In this document: positions 38,182 through 48,303 of the stretch, piece by piece | Position numbering within the stretch: the stretch's first letter is position 1 | How the letters are laid out: each line of letters begins with the position of its first letter | Sequence record: OR142618.1 | DNA length: 64,000 bases | Strand: one strand, 5' to 3' | The notes under the pieces: model-generated | Told to the model about the DNA's origin: nothing | Database searches by the model: none | What the model saw: the letters and a program-made list of their open reading frames with translations, nothing else | Translations under genes and position numbers: made by a program

Positions 38182-38424
38182 ATGGCAAAAGAAAAAGTAA
38201 CTTTCCCTATCTATAAATTCAACCGCATTGCAGAAATGGCTGACAAATATAATTCTAAAACTAAGACACAACGGTTTCAAGTTATGTCTAAGTTTAAAGG
38301 AACTCAGCTCATAGAAGTTGGACTGTACGATACTAAAGATAAGAAATATGTACTAGTAGATACACGCCATTATACAATGGATGATTGTATAAAAGAAATG
38401 GAATCTATGATTTCAGGAAAGTAA
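38182..38424 (+). CDS. Hypothetical protein (80 aa)
   Basis: TTGACG-N17-TATACT promoter (38101-38129); terminator 38440-38468. Confidence 0.75.
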   Translation: MAKEKVTFPIYKFNRIAEMADKYNSKTKTQRFQVMSKFKGTQLIEVGLYDTKDKKYVLVDTRHYTMDDCIKEMESMISGK

Positions 38425-38468
38425 CTTAAACAGAAGGAAGGGGGTTAAGTAACTAACCCCCTATTTTT

Positions 38469-38753
38469 ATGCCCGGAAAATTAAAGTATCATAATAGCTA
38501 TGACTTTATATACGGCGTCTATGTTATCGCAAAAGATTCCCACAAAGGACAATATGTATGCATAGCTTTATCCGAAGACTTAGACGAAGAATATATATTT
38601 AATGAAATCAATTTTTATAGTGTACGCTATATAAAAGATAATTTCTACGATGTATATTGCAAATTCGATTTATTTACTTTTGCTAGAATGTTGGCAACAC
38701 ATTTAGAATTATTGTACGACAGAAGATACAATTATTTTAATGACGATTTATAA
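38469..38753 (+). CDS. Hypothetical protein (94 aa)
   Basis: ORF converging on the gp5-like gene. Confidence 0.55.
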   Translation: MPGKLKYHNSYDFIYGVYVIAKDSHKGQYVCIALSEDLDEEYIFNEINFYSVRYIKDNFYDVYCKFDLFTFARMLATHLELLYDRRYNYFNDDL

Positions 38754-38760
38754 AGGAGCA

Positions 38761-40194
38761 TTATGCTCCTTTATTTTTGTGCTCAGGGCACGGTTCGAAT
38801 GTATTAAATCTAGATACTATAGTAGTTACTCCTGGCTGAGACATTCTATTATATCTATTTGCATCACTAAACTCAGGCAATATATTAGTTTTGCCATTAG
38901 TAGTAGGTGTACTTGCTTCAGTAGGAGAATCAGGCGCAGGCGGCTGCGGACCGTTCATATGTATATTAGCACCTAACTCGATAATATCCCCGCCTGCACT
39001 TAACCCATATGTTCCGTTAGTAGCAGTTGCTATCTGTCCTGCAGCTTGTAAATTATAATTAGAACCTGCTTTTAAAGATATATCAACTCCGGCAGTGTTA
39101 TGCAAACTGCCTCCTAATTGATTTAGTAATGTATCTTTTTGTGATTGAATATTTAAATTATTATTAGCTTGTATAAATATATCTCCGCCTTGACCTGTTA
39201 GTTCCGGTGCTATGCCTCCGGTAGAAACAGTAGTATAGTCTTTAGATGCTTTAATGTTTATATTTCTTCCTGCCTCTATATTAATATCTCTATCTGCTCG
39301 TATATTAAAATCTTCCATAAAACGTAAAGATCCGGATTTTGCACCAAATACATCTACGTTGCCCGAGTTATCTAATTCTATCCAAGCAGTGCCCAATTTA
39401 TTAATTATATAAATTATTCCATTAGTTTCATCTAATCTTATTTGAGCACCAGATCTAGTTCTTAATGTGATATGTTCGGATGTGGGTGCATCATCCATAA
39501 CGAACTGATGACCGCCATGCCTTCTTGCATTTGCACCGTCTATTACTGGACCTGGGGTAAGAATACCGAATACCTGACTAGGTGCTTCCCTGCGTGCAGA
39601 TGATGAAGATACACCCCGTATATTATCGTTAATAAGCCCTTGCGTTTTTAATCCTTGGGCAAGACTAGCAACAGGTTTATTAATAGTTTGTGCATTTACT
39701 TTTTCTAGTGTGTTTTTATTATATTCGCCTACAGGTAGAGATTTGCCTGCTGTCTCATAATTATTAACACTGCCAGCAACTGCAGGAATCATATGATTCA
39801 TCTGTTGTTGCCATATGCATCCAAACCAAAATCCCTTTGCAGGGTCGCCGTTAGCAAACATTACAGCTACCTGATTTTCAAGATCTGGCGGAACTGCCCA
39901 CATACCGTAAGATGTTTGTGTTTCGTGGAATGCAGATACATCTTGTGAGCCGCCGATTGTCATAGGATTAGTTGCGCCAGCAAATGGCGAACAGTATCCA
40001 ACTAACAACCAACCAGATTCATCGCTCGGATCAGTACCGAATTCCGGTACCCAAACCCTAAGTCTTCCCATTCTGTTGCTATCGACATTATCTTTGACAA
40101 ACCCAATATACATTCCGTAATATTTTTGTGCTCTGCCAGTTGGTGTTTTGCTAGCAGACGGATTTACACCTACTGTTCTAGAATATGTACTCAT
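38761..40194 (-). CDS. gp5: Baseplate hub/central spike protein, gp5/VgrG-like OB fold
   Basis: YIGFVKDNVDSNRMGRLRVWVPEF..W..PPD..V.V.F..GD..GFW; beta-helix repeats; IHMNG; no lysozyme motif recognised. Confidence 0.8.
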   Translation of the reverse strand: MSTYSRTVGVNPSASKTPTGRAQKYYGMYIGFVKDNVDSNRMGRLRVWVPEFGTDPSDESGWLLVGYCSPFAGATNPMTIGGSQDVSAFHETQTSYGMWAVPPDLENQVAVMFANGDPAKGFWFGCIWQQQMNHMIPAVAGSVNNYETAGKSLPVGEYNKNTLEKVNAQTINKPVASLAQGLKTQGLINDNIRGVSSSSARREAPSQVFGILTPGPVIDGANARRHGGHQFVMDDAPTSEHITLRTRSGAQIRLDETNGIIYIINKLGTAWIELDNSGNVDVFGAKSGSLRFMEDFNIRADRDINIEAGRNINIKASKDYTTVSTGGIAPELTGQGGDIFIQANNNLNIQSQKDTLLNQLGGSLHNTAGVDISLKAGSNYNLQAAGQIATATNGTYGLSAGGDIIELGANIHMNGPQPPAPDSPTEASTPTTNGKTNILPEFSDANRYNRMSQPGVTTIVSRFNTFEPCPEHKNKGA

Positions 40195-42218
40195 TATTGA
40201 TTAAACCTTTGGATGTCTATGTCTGTTATATCAGTTAATTTATCTCTTACTGCTTGCAATTCTTGGCGGAATATGCCTTTGGAAAAAACATGCTTCACTA
40301 CTATAACTTGATATATGCCATTTATAATAGTATTTTGTTTCATGGAAGATGTTACTGTTCCTTCTATATAATTTAAATTAGGAGTCTGACTAGTAAACAA
40401 AAAGAATACCTGAGACGAAGTAGGATTAACATAAGATGTATTTGTACTGTTTATCCTATCCTCTACTGTACTTATTTTATTAGTTGTGGGCGGACCTAGC
40501 CAATAAGGATCTCCTTTTATAGATAAATCTATTTTAAGCAATTCGGCATTATCATCATACATTATTTGAGAAAATAATGAAGATAAAAAAGATTTACCTG
40601 CATGATAGTTGTCTTCTACACCTATATCATCATTTGAAGTATCTGGGGTTTCTATAGTTGTAATAGGAAGTTTACTTAATGAATCTGCAGTAGCATCTTC
40701 TATAAATTGTATGGCATTTTGCCTTACTTCAGTTTCTTGATCTGTGTCGGGATCTGCATTTGTATTTTCTCTAATCCTTGCTTGCCTTCCTTTTGACACT
40801 AGAGACGATTGTTCTGTATTTGTATCTACAGTAGATACATTTCTAGGATCCTGGCGATCTGTACCAGGAGTAACTGTTGAATTAAATTTGCTTTTCACAG
40901 ATGTACTTGTTGACATCTTCTGTTTTAATAATAACTGATCAGGAGACATTCTTCTACCTGGATCAACAGATGTATAAGTATCTACTGTTCCTGTTTGTCT
41001 AGGTAGCGTAGCATACCACATGAAATTAAATTTCAAATTAAAATCTAATATTTGATCATTTAATCCAGTAAATAGATAATTATAATGCTTTCTTAGTACA
41101 CTTCTGCCTAAATATTCATTAAATCTGTTTTCTGAAGACTCGGGTGTAACTCTAGATTCATCCTTCGATGCAACTATTGTCATTGTATCGTACGGTACGA
41201 TAACATACCTAAAATTCCTAGCATAATCCCCTCTTCCTGGGTCATATTCTAGCGTGTCTACTTGAGACAAAACCCTATATAATTTTTTAACCATAGACCT
41301 ATTCGGATCTGGATTAAATTGGGGGTGAGCCGGAACATCCGAACCTGCAATTTCCTTTTCAATAACTTCTGTAGAATTTATTATAGTTTCAATTATATAC
41401 TGAATACTAGTATTATCATAAAATTGAACAGTAGTTACTGAGTTATCATCCACTACATAGTCAGATAATCTGTCAATTGTTTGGTCGGAATTAGATATTT
41501 TTAACGGAGCATTTATTAATCTCTCATCCGAAATTATTATTTCGTACTTATCTGGCTTCAATTGTTTATTAGATGCTCGCTGTGGCTGTCTATCATTGAG
41601 TGATTGTTTTAATTTTTCTAACATTTCGCCTACAGTTTTGCCAGAAAGAGATATACCTTGTTGCATATCGCCGTATTGGTTTGTATATCCTAGTTCACTG
41701 TATACTGCTCCTACAAAATCATAAGTTGTACCCGATCCTGTAACAACCATATCCATTTTAGTTATAGTAATAGGAAATACCCATTTTGCCTTCATAACAG
41801 ACGGCAACGAAGAAGTTGTTGTTCTACCTTTAAAAGTCAATTCCATAAAATATGGTGCTTTTAAGTAATTATCTATACCTAAACTAACAGCAGATGCATA
41901 TAACTGATCTAACATACTACTGCCATGAGGTTCTTGAATTTTAAAAGATAATGTTGTAGACTCACCCGTGCCGGTTTCTACTGTCATTCCAGGAACAGTT
42001 GTTAATATGAAGTCATCTATACCTAATCCAGTAACACCCGATTCTGCAATTGTTATTTGCCTGGACCTGTCTAATACATTATTGTTTACTATATCTTCTA
42101 TAGAGCACATATATAGTCGCAAATGATAAGTAGTGCTAGTTATAGAATCTAATGGATTAGGTAAAAACGGATACATATTTGTATCCGTATTAGTAGGAGT
42201 AGGTTTGTTTAATGACAT
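40194..42218 (-). CDS. Baseplate hub protein (gp27-like)
   Basis: Position between gp53-like and gp5-like genes; LSIKGDPYWL and GIYQVIVVKHVFSKGIFRQEL motifs. Confidence 0.65.
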   Translation of the reverse strand: MSLNKPTPTNTDTNMYPFLPNPLDSITSTTYHLRLYMCSIEDIVNNNVLDRSRQITIAESGVTGLGIDDFILTTVPGMTVETGTGESTTLSFKIQEPHGSSMLDQLYASAVSLGIDNYLKAPYFMELTFKGRTTTSSLPSVMKAKWVFPITITKMDMVVTGSGTTYDFVGAVYSELGYTNQYGDMQQGISLSGKTVGEMLEKLKQSLNDRQPQRASNKQLKPDKYEIIISDERLINAPLKISNSDQTIDRLSDYVVDDNSVTTVQFYDNTSIQYIIETIINSTEVIEKEIAGSDVPAHPQFNPDPNRSMVKKLYRVLSQVDTLEYDPGRGDYARNFRYVIVPYDTMTIVASKDESRVTPESSENRFNEYLGRSVLRKHYNYLFTGLNDQILDFNLKFNFMWYATLPRQTGTVDTYTSVDPGRRMSPDQLLLKQKMSTSTSVKSKFNSTVTPGTDRQDPRNVSTVDTNTEQSSLVSKGRQARIRENTNADPDTDQETEVRQNAIQFIEDATADSLSKLPITTIETPDTSNDDIGVEDNYHAGKSFLSSLFSQIMYDDNAELLKIDLSIKGDPYWLGPPTTNKISTVEDRINSTNTSYVNPTSSQVFFLFTSQTPNLNYIEGTVTSSMKQNTIINGIYQVIVVKHVFSKGIFRQELQAVRDKLTDITDIDIQRFNQ

Positions 42219-42517
42219 TAAATTATACCTTCTAACGATTCTATGGTAGGTGCATATATAGATTTTCCTGCAGTAAAATCGTATATAGGATCGATTAATT
42301 CATCCATATTTCTTACCGCAAATACCCACCAAAGTTCTTCTGTTCCGTATAAATCATACGAAAGCAAATCGGGTCTTTGATCATATTTAGGTGCAATAAC
42401 AATTAATTCATCAGTTATATTAGGTAATATTTTCCTAGGAACCCATAAATCTAAATAAAAATCTTTTATAGGTGTATCATAATATCGACTTTTCGTAGAA
42501 GAAATGTTATTTGCCAT
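42218..42517 (-). CDS. gp53: Baseplate wedge protein gp53-like (LysM-like)
   Basis: YDQRPDLLSYDLYGTEELWWVFAVRN..DPIYDF. Confidence 0.8.
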   Translation of the reverse strand: MANNISSTKSRYYDTPIKDFYLDLWVPRKILPNITDELIVIAPKYDQRPDLLSYDLYGTEELWWVFAVRNMDELIDPIYDFTAGKSIYAPTIESLEGII

Positions 42518-43152
42518 TATATAAATCCTTTATTATTCTTCAGTAACTCACCTGTCCTAAATTTACTTAGATCAAATGTCTGCCTAACCTCTTGTGGATT
42601 ATATTGAGGTTCTAACGTTATCGTCATAGTTAATTGAGTAGGAACATCTGTATTTTCACTTATGTTGTTAAATCTTACAGGGACATAATCTACTTTGTTG
42701 TCTAAAATAATACTGAAATTTTTAACAACCACTGGTACATTTTTGAACATGTATGTTCCTAAGTAATTAAATGATAAAATAGGCGGCGGCGTACCTGCTC
42801 TTACTAAATCTGTTTGTCCGAAGTAATTTTTTGTTACTGTTCGCATAAAATGCATTGCTGCTAATGTATATCTTGCCTCTACATCTGTTTGTGATGTAAA
42901 TATTGCTTCTACTGATATAGGCTGAGGTGCAGATTTAACATATGCAAGGTATTTGTAGTTAGTATGAGTAAAATGAAAGGATTCATCGTATTCTGCATCT
43001 GCTGCTAATGTAACTATCGGTCTGAACGGAAATATCAAACCGCCTGTCTTTTTTAGAGGTGCAAGAATGTTAACAAGCTGGTCGTTACTTTCTCCAAATA
43101 AATCATTTGCAGCTAACGCATTCTTTGGTTTTAAAATTGCTCTACTATCCAC
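42517..43152 (-). CDS. Tail-tube initiator / baseplate-tail junction protein (gp48/gp54-like)
   Basis: AGTPPPILSFNYLG..FKNVPVVVKNFSI tube-fold motif; GATAAATA at 43173-43180. Confidence 0.6.
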   Translation of the reverse strand: MDSRAILKPKNALAANDLFGESNDQLVNILAPLKKTGGLIFPFRPIVTLAADAEYDESFHFTHTNYKYLAYVKSAPQPISVEAIFTSQTDVEARYTLAAMHFMRTVTKNYFGQTDLVRAGTPPPILSFNYLGTYMFKNVPVVVKNFSIILDNKVDYVPVRFNNISENTDVPTQLTMTITLEPQYNPQEVRQTFDLSKFRTGELLKNNKGFI

Positions 43153-43254
43153 GATATATAATCTCTTTTATATATTTATCAGTAGGTTTATATGCTAATA
43201 TTTGACTTTGAAAATATTTTGTTGTAAAATAATAATAAAAAGCATGGATGCACA

Positions 43255-44097
43255 ATGAATACAAAAATTGTAGTTAATTATATTAATAATAAAGAAATGT
43301 TAAAGGAAATACATCGTAGTAAAAATTCATTCTGCGAATATATTTCCCCAGAGTATAAAGATTACGATATTATCTTTACTTCAAAAGAAGACTGTCTGAA
43401 ACAAGAAAATATAAACGCAGCAATACTTAAACGAGCAGAGCGTTTAACTCAAGTACAGATAGATGAATATGCATTAAGAACAAATACTAGTTCTAAAAAA
43501 GCAAAAGCATCTATAACCCAAGTAGATCCTGCAACAATAAATAAACATGATGTTGTTTTTCGTGTTATCACATACGAACATATTCCAGAAGATCATGATA
43601 GGAAAAAGACAAAAAAATCAATTAAAGACTATCATGTTAAGTTAAATTTTACTCCTTTTAAGCATTTTATTATAGACGAAAATAATAACTTAGTAGAAGT
43701 AGGCAGAAGCCACAGCAAAAAAGGAGAGTTTTGCTTAACTGGAGGATCTATATCAGATAGATTAGCAAAAATGTTTATGTTGTTAATTGACAAATTCGGT
43801 CAAAAAAGCAACTGGCGTGGATATTCATATCTAGATGAAATGAAGGGACAAGCTTTACTTCAGTTAGCGTCTATGGGGTTGCAATTCGACGAACATTTAA
43901 GTGATAATCCCTTTGCATATTACACTTCGTCTATAAACAATTCTTTTACTAGGGTATTCAACATAGAAAAACGTAATCAAATAATCAGGGATGATTTATT
44001 ACAAAATATGGGACAAAATCCTAGCCTTACTAGACAATTAGAACACGATGAGCAAATTCGGTTGCTCAGAGAATTAAATGATTCTAAAGATGATTAA
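43255..44097 (+). CDS. gp55: Late-transcription sigma factor, T4 gp55-like
   Basis: YINNKEML..NWRGYSYLDEMK..FD..SDNPFAYYT..NSF..EK. Confidence 0.8.
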   Translation: MNTKIVVNYINNKEMLKEIHRSKNSFCEYISPEYKDYDIIFTSKEDCLKQENINAAILKRAERLTQVQIDEYALRTNTSSKKAKASITQVDPATINKHDVVFRVITYEHIPEDHDRKKTKKSIKDYHVKLNFTPFKHFIIDENNNLVEVGRSHSKKGEFCLTGGSISDRLAKMFMLLIDKFGQKSNWRGYSYLDEMKGQALLQLASMGLQFDEHLSDNPFAYYTSSINNSFTRVFNIEKRNQIIRDDLLQNMGQNPSLTRQLEHDEQIRLLRELNDSKDD

Positions 44098-44108
44098 AAG
44101 GATTTAAA

Positions 44109-45122
44109 GTGGGTAATTTATTTAAGAAAGTTGCATGTTTTAGTGATATTCACTTCGGATTGCATCATAACTCTAAAATTCACAATCAAGACTGTGAAGA
44201 TTTCATTAAGTGGTTTTGTAAAACTGCTAAAGAAAAAAATGCAGAAACATGTATATTTTTAGGCGATTGGCATCATACAAGAAACACCATTAATGTATCT
44301 ACACTAAACTACACCATGTCTAGTTTAGAACTACTAAACGATACGTTCGAAAAAGTATATTTTATCACTGGCAATCATGACCTTATGTATAGAGAAAAAA
44401 GAGAAGTACATTCTATTCCGATGGGTCACAAATATCCTAATATAGTTATGATAGAAGATCCGTTCGAACAAGGAGATGTATCTATTCTACCGTGGTTAGT
44501 AGGAGATGAATGGAAAGACGTTCCTAAAATAAAAGCAAAATATTTGTTTGGGCATTTAGAAATTCCAGGATTTAAACTAAATGCAATGGTAGAAATGCCC
44601 GATGTAGGAGAAATAAAATCCGAACATTTTGTTAATCAAACATATGTATTTTCTGGACATTTTCATAAGAGACAAGTAAATGGAAAAATTAATTATATCG
44701 GCAATCCATTTGGTCACAACTATTCTGATGTATGGGATTTTGATAGGGGTGCAATGTTTTTAGAATGGGGAGGGGAGCCTGAATATGTTAATTACGAAGA
44801 CGGACCTAGATTCATATCCACTACATTGAAACAAATACTAGAAAATCCAGATTATTATCTTAAGCCAAAAACTCACGTAAAAGCAACTATAGATGTAGAT
44901 ATAACATACGAAGAAGCCAATTTCTTACGTGAAACATTCTTGTCTTCATATAAAGTTAGAGAATTTAAATTATTACAGTCTAAATATAGCGAACACGAAA
45001 TAGAAAGTGATACTGAAACTGAATTCGAAACTGTAGATGAAATTGTTATTTCCGAACTAACTAATATTCAAAGTGATAACTTTGATAAAAACATACTTAT
45101 AAGCATTTACACAAACCTATAA
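44109..45122 (+). CDS. gp47: Recombination endonuclease subunit (Mre11/SbcD-like)
   Basis: SDIHFG, LGDWHH, GNHD, FGH, SGHFH metallophosphoesterase motifs. Confidence 0.92.
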   Translation: MGNLFKKVACFSDIHFGLHHNSKIHNQDCEDFIKWFCKTAKEKNAETCIFLGDWHHTRNTINVSTLNYTMSSLELLNDTFEKVYFITGNHDLMYREKREVHSIPMGHKYPNIVMIEDPFEQGDVSILPWLVGDEWKDVPKIKAKYLFGHLEIPGFKLNAMVEMPDVGEIKSEHFVNQTYVFSGHFHKRQVNGKINYIGNPFGHNYSDVWDFDRGAMFLEWGGEPEYVNYEDGPRFISTTLKQILENPDYYLKPKTHVKATIDVDITYEEANFLRETFLSSYKVREFKLLQSKYSEHEIESDTETEFETVDEIVISELTNIQSDNFDKNILISIYTNL

Positions 45123-46876
45123 TGTTAAAATTTAAATCTATATCAATGCGAAATTTTATGTCTGTCGGTAATAATACACAGACTATATTGCTAGACGAAA
45201 ACGATCTAACATTAGTTTTAGGAGAAAATTTAGATCTCGGTGGCAATGACAGTAAAAACGGAACCGGTAAGACTGCAAAATTAAATGCACTTTCATACGC
45301 ACTCTTTGGTACAGCATTAACTAATATAAGAAAAGAAAATCTAATTAATAAAACAAATGAAAAAAATATGTATGTTAAATTAGAATTTTCGTTGAATAAT
45401 AAAGAGTACAAAATAGAAAGGGGAAGAAAACCCAATATATTTAAAGTTATAATCAACAACAAAGAATTAGAAACAGACGAAACTGACGAAGCGCAAGGCG
45501 ACAGCAGACAAACACAACTTGCATTAGAAAAGGAATTAGGTTTTAGTCATAATATGTTTAAAAACATAATTGCACTAAACACTTATTCCACTCCTTTTCT
45601 CTCTATGAAAACTACCGAACAAAGAGAATTAATAGAACAACTGCTAGGCATAACTAAACTAAGTGAAAAAGCAGATATTCTAAAAAATTTAGTTAAAGAT
45701 ACTAAAGATAGAATTAAAGAAGAAGAATTTAGAATTAAAGCAATCCAAGAAGCAAATAAAAGCATAGAACAAAACATTGCTTCTATGGAACTTAGAAGCA
45801 AAGCCTGGGATAAAAGACATTTAGATACTTTACAAGAATACAGAGAATCGCTAGAGCATCTAAATAAAATAGATATAGATACTGAAATAGAAATGCATAA
45901 AGTTTTAAAAGAGATTTCTATTAAAGAAAGAGAAAAAAATGATATTTTAAAAGAATATAATATTGTAGAACGAGAAATACAGTCGTTATCTACAACAGTA
46001 TCTCACCTTTCGTCACAATTACTAAAAACTACAGAACACAACGAATGTCCTACATGCGGACAAGAATTAAATGATAGTCATACTTCATTAACTGAATCTT
46101 TAAAATTAAAGTTAGAATCTGCAACTAATTCACTTAAAGAAAAAGAAAATGAAAAAGAATTAATTTTAAATACATTAAATTCTATTTTTATACCGGAAAA
46201 ACCATCTACGTTTTATTCGTCTTTAGATGATGTTTATAATCATAAAACTATGATTAATACACTAGAGCATTCTATAGAAAAAGAAGAAATGCTAACTAAC
46301 CCTCACGTAGAAAATGTTTCTATTTTACGGGATAGTATAAAACAAGTGGATTTTGAAACTATTAATACGTTAGTTTCGCTGCGAGATCATCAAGAATTTT
46401 TATTAAAACTGCTAACCTCAAAAGATAGTTTTATAAGAAAAAAGATTATAGATCAAAATTTATCTTATCTAAATACAAGACTTGCACACTACTTAATAAA
46501 AATAGGATTGCCACACGAAGTAAAATTTATGTCTGACCTAGAAGTTCAGATTACAGAACACGGCAGAGAATTAGATTTTGATAATTTAAGTAGAGGTGAA
46601 CGCACCCGTTTAATTCTTTCACTAAGTTGGGCATTCAGGGATGTATTTGAAAGTCTTAACTATAAAATAAATCTGCTGTATATAGACGAATTAATAGACA
46701 ATGGATTAGATACCAGAGGTGTAGAATCTGCTCTAAGCATTCTAAAACAAATGTCAAGGGATTCTAGCAGAAAAGTATTTTTAGTGTCACACAGAGAAGA
46801 ATTAATTGGACGAGTTGATGTTCAACTAAAAGCAGTAAAAGAAGGTGGATTTACTTCTTATACAATCGAAGGATAA
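45122..46876 (+). CDS. gp46: Recombination endonuclease ATPase subunit (Rad50/SbcC-like)
   Basis: Walker A NGTGKT, CPTC zinc hook, LSRGE signature, YIDELID, LVSH. Confidence 0.92.
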   Translation: MLKFKSISMRNFMSVGNNTQTILLDENDLTLVLGENLDLGGNDSKNGTGKTAKLNALSYALFGTALTNIRKENLINKTNEKNMYVKLEFSLNNKEYKIERGRKPNIFKVIINNKELETDETDEAQGDSRQTQLALEKELGFSHNMFKNIIALNTYSTPFLSMKTTEQRELIEQLLGITKLSEKADILKNLVKDTKDRIKEEEFRIKAIQEANKSIEQNIASMELRSKAWDKRHLDTLQEYRESLEHLNKIDIDTEIEMHKVLKEISIKEREKNDILKEYNIVEREIQSLSTTVSHLSSQLLKTTEHNECPTCGQELNDSHTSLTESLKLKLESATNSLKEKENEKELILNTLNSIFIPEKPSTFYSSLDDVYNHKTMINTLEHSIEKEEMLTNPHVENVSILRDSIKQVDFETINTLVSLRDHQEFLLKLLTSKDSFIRKKIIDQNLSYLNTRLAHYLIKIGLPHEVKFMSDLEVQITEHGRELDFDNLSRGERTRLILSLSWAFRDVFESLNYKINLLYIDELIDNGLDTRGVESALSILKQMSRDSSRKVFLVSHREELIGRVDVQLKAVKEGGFTSYTIEG

Positions 46877-46877
46877 T

Positions 46878-46901
46878 AAAAAGAGGCTTAAGCCTCTTTT
46901 T
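46878..46901. terminator. Bidirectional terminator
   Basis: AAAAAGAGGCT-TA-AGCCTCTTTTT. Confidence 0.85.
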
Positions 46902-47637
46902 TATTAGTTTCTATTTTTGCTTTATCTAGTTGCTGTTTACTAATATATTTCGCATTAATTGTTATATTTTTGTTATCTCTTGCTTTAGTTAACCTATGAG
47001 CACCGTCTATTACATATAGTTTACCGTTGTCTTTATACACTATTATAGGGATGCTCACATCGGCAGCTTTTACTCTCGACGGCGCTAATTTGGTATATCG
47101 TAATATCCATGTTAAGTCTTTTATTTTAACACTTTCTACAGGAGCATGCTCTGTACTTCTAAAAATATCATCTAATCTATATTCATTACCATTATGCGTT
47201 AATGTACTATGTTTACCTTCTGTATAAGATTCAGAAATAGTATTAATGTTGTTGCCTATGTTAGATATTCTTGTTAAACTAGATTCAGTATCAGAAGCTA
47301 TTATGTCTCTACTATCTCCTGATCCTTTAAAATCGTAAACAATTATTCTTACTACATTAGGGAATATAGAAGATTTATTTACTTTAAGTCTTTTTATACG
47401 GTTACCCTGGGTGTCGTATAATGTTTCGTCAATTATATTAATATTAAAAGATTTTGCTAAATCCTTTGCAGTAATACCTACCTCTGCGGGTGATTCTCTA
47501 GAATATCTAGCCCTATTATCTATTACTAACTCGGTATTGTTGAAAAATGGATATTTATTCAATACATTGTTTAGTATTTTTTTAAATTTTGTATCTATAG
47601 GCTTAAACGGTAAAATCTCACCTTCTATAAATCTCAT
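46888..47637 (-). CDS. Protein with C-terminal ParB/Srx-like domain
   Basis: PIIVYKDNGKLYVIDGAHRL motif. Confidence 0.65.
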   Translation of the reverse strand: MRFIEGEILPFKPIDTKFKKILNNVLNKYPFFNNTELVIDNRARYSRESPAEVGITAKDLAKSFNINIIDETLYDTQGNRIKRLKVNKSSIFPNVVRIIVYDFKGSGDSRDIIASDTESSLTRISNIGNNINTISESYTEGKHSTLTHNGNEYRLDDIFRSTEHAPVESVKIKDLTWILRYTKLAPSRVKAADVSIPIIVYKDNGKLYVIDGAHRLTKARDNKNITINAKYISKQQLDKAKIETNKKEA

Positions 47638-47639
47638 TA

Positions 47640-48137
47640 TTATTTACTCAGCTGTTTTACTTTCTCTTTATTCTCTTCTGTCCAGAAATTATTCCAACTA
47701 CAGAATACCCAACCCTTGTAATCTATACTATTATTTACTTTAATACCGGTTTTTTCTTCAAATACTACCCATTTGCCTTGCCGAGTTATTTTTATAAAAA
47801 TAATATTAAAATCACCTTCGCTAGCAGTATCACGTACCTGTGATATCCATGTATCTAATTGTTTGCACTCTCCCTCGAACAACGAAGTAAATGAAAATTT
47901 TGCATACGATTTACATTCAGAATTAAAATGTTCCCATGTATCTGGAGGGAAAATATCACCTTTATAGGATTTGATTTGATTATTGCCTAGTGATGTTTTT
48001 CTGACAGAATTTTGTCCTCCTATAAAGGCACCTGAATGTGCTGTTCTAGTAAAGGGTTCGTTGTAAAATGAGGTAAGATCTTTTGCTACATCTCGTTCCC
48101 AGCTACTACCTTTAATTTTACTTTTCGATCCAGACAT
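47640..48137 (-). CDS. PD-(D/E)XK nuclease, Holliday-junction-resolvase-like
   Basis: SKIKGSSWERDVAK..GDI..ECKSY motifs. Confidence 0.75.
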   Translation of the reverse strand: MSGSKSKIKGSSWERDVAKDLTSFYNEPFTRTAHSGAFIGGQNSVRKTSLGNNQIKSYKGDIFPPDTWEHFNSECKSYAKFSFTSLFEGECKQLDTWISQVRDTASEGDFNIIFIKITRQGKWVVFEEKTGIKVNNSIDYKGWVFCSWNNFWTEENKEKVKQLSK

Positions 48138-48211
48138 GTTTTGTTAACCTTTTATATACCTGTTAAATTTTACATTATTTAGTTAATTTTATACCCATAT
48201 AATACTGTCGA

Positions 48212-48297
48212 GATAAATATGTGTGTAGATAACTTATAGCATTATTTTTAACGATTTTAGTACAATGGTTGACAGTATTAATATCGTATGCTATAAT
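48212..48297 (+). promoter_or_regulatory. Tandem late promoter (GATAAATA 48212-19) and consensus sigma70 promoter (TTGACA 48269-74, N17, TATAAT 48292-97)
   Basis: Exact consensus hexamers with 17-nt spacer; no ORF downstream. Confidence 0.85.
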
Positions 48298-48303
48298 CCG
48301 CAA

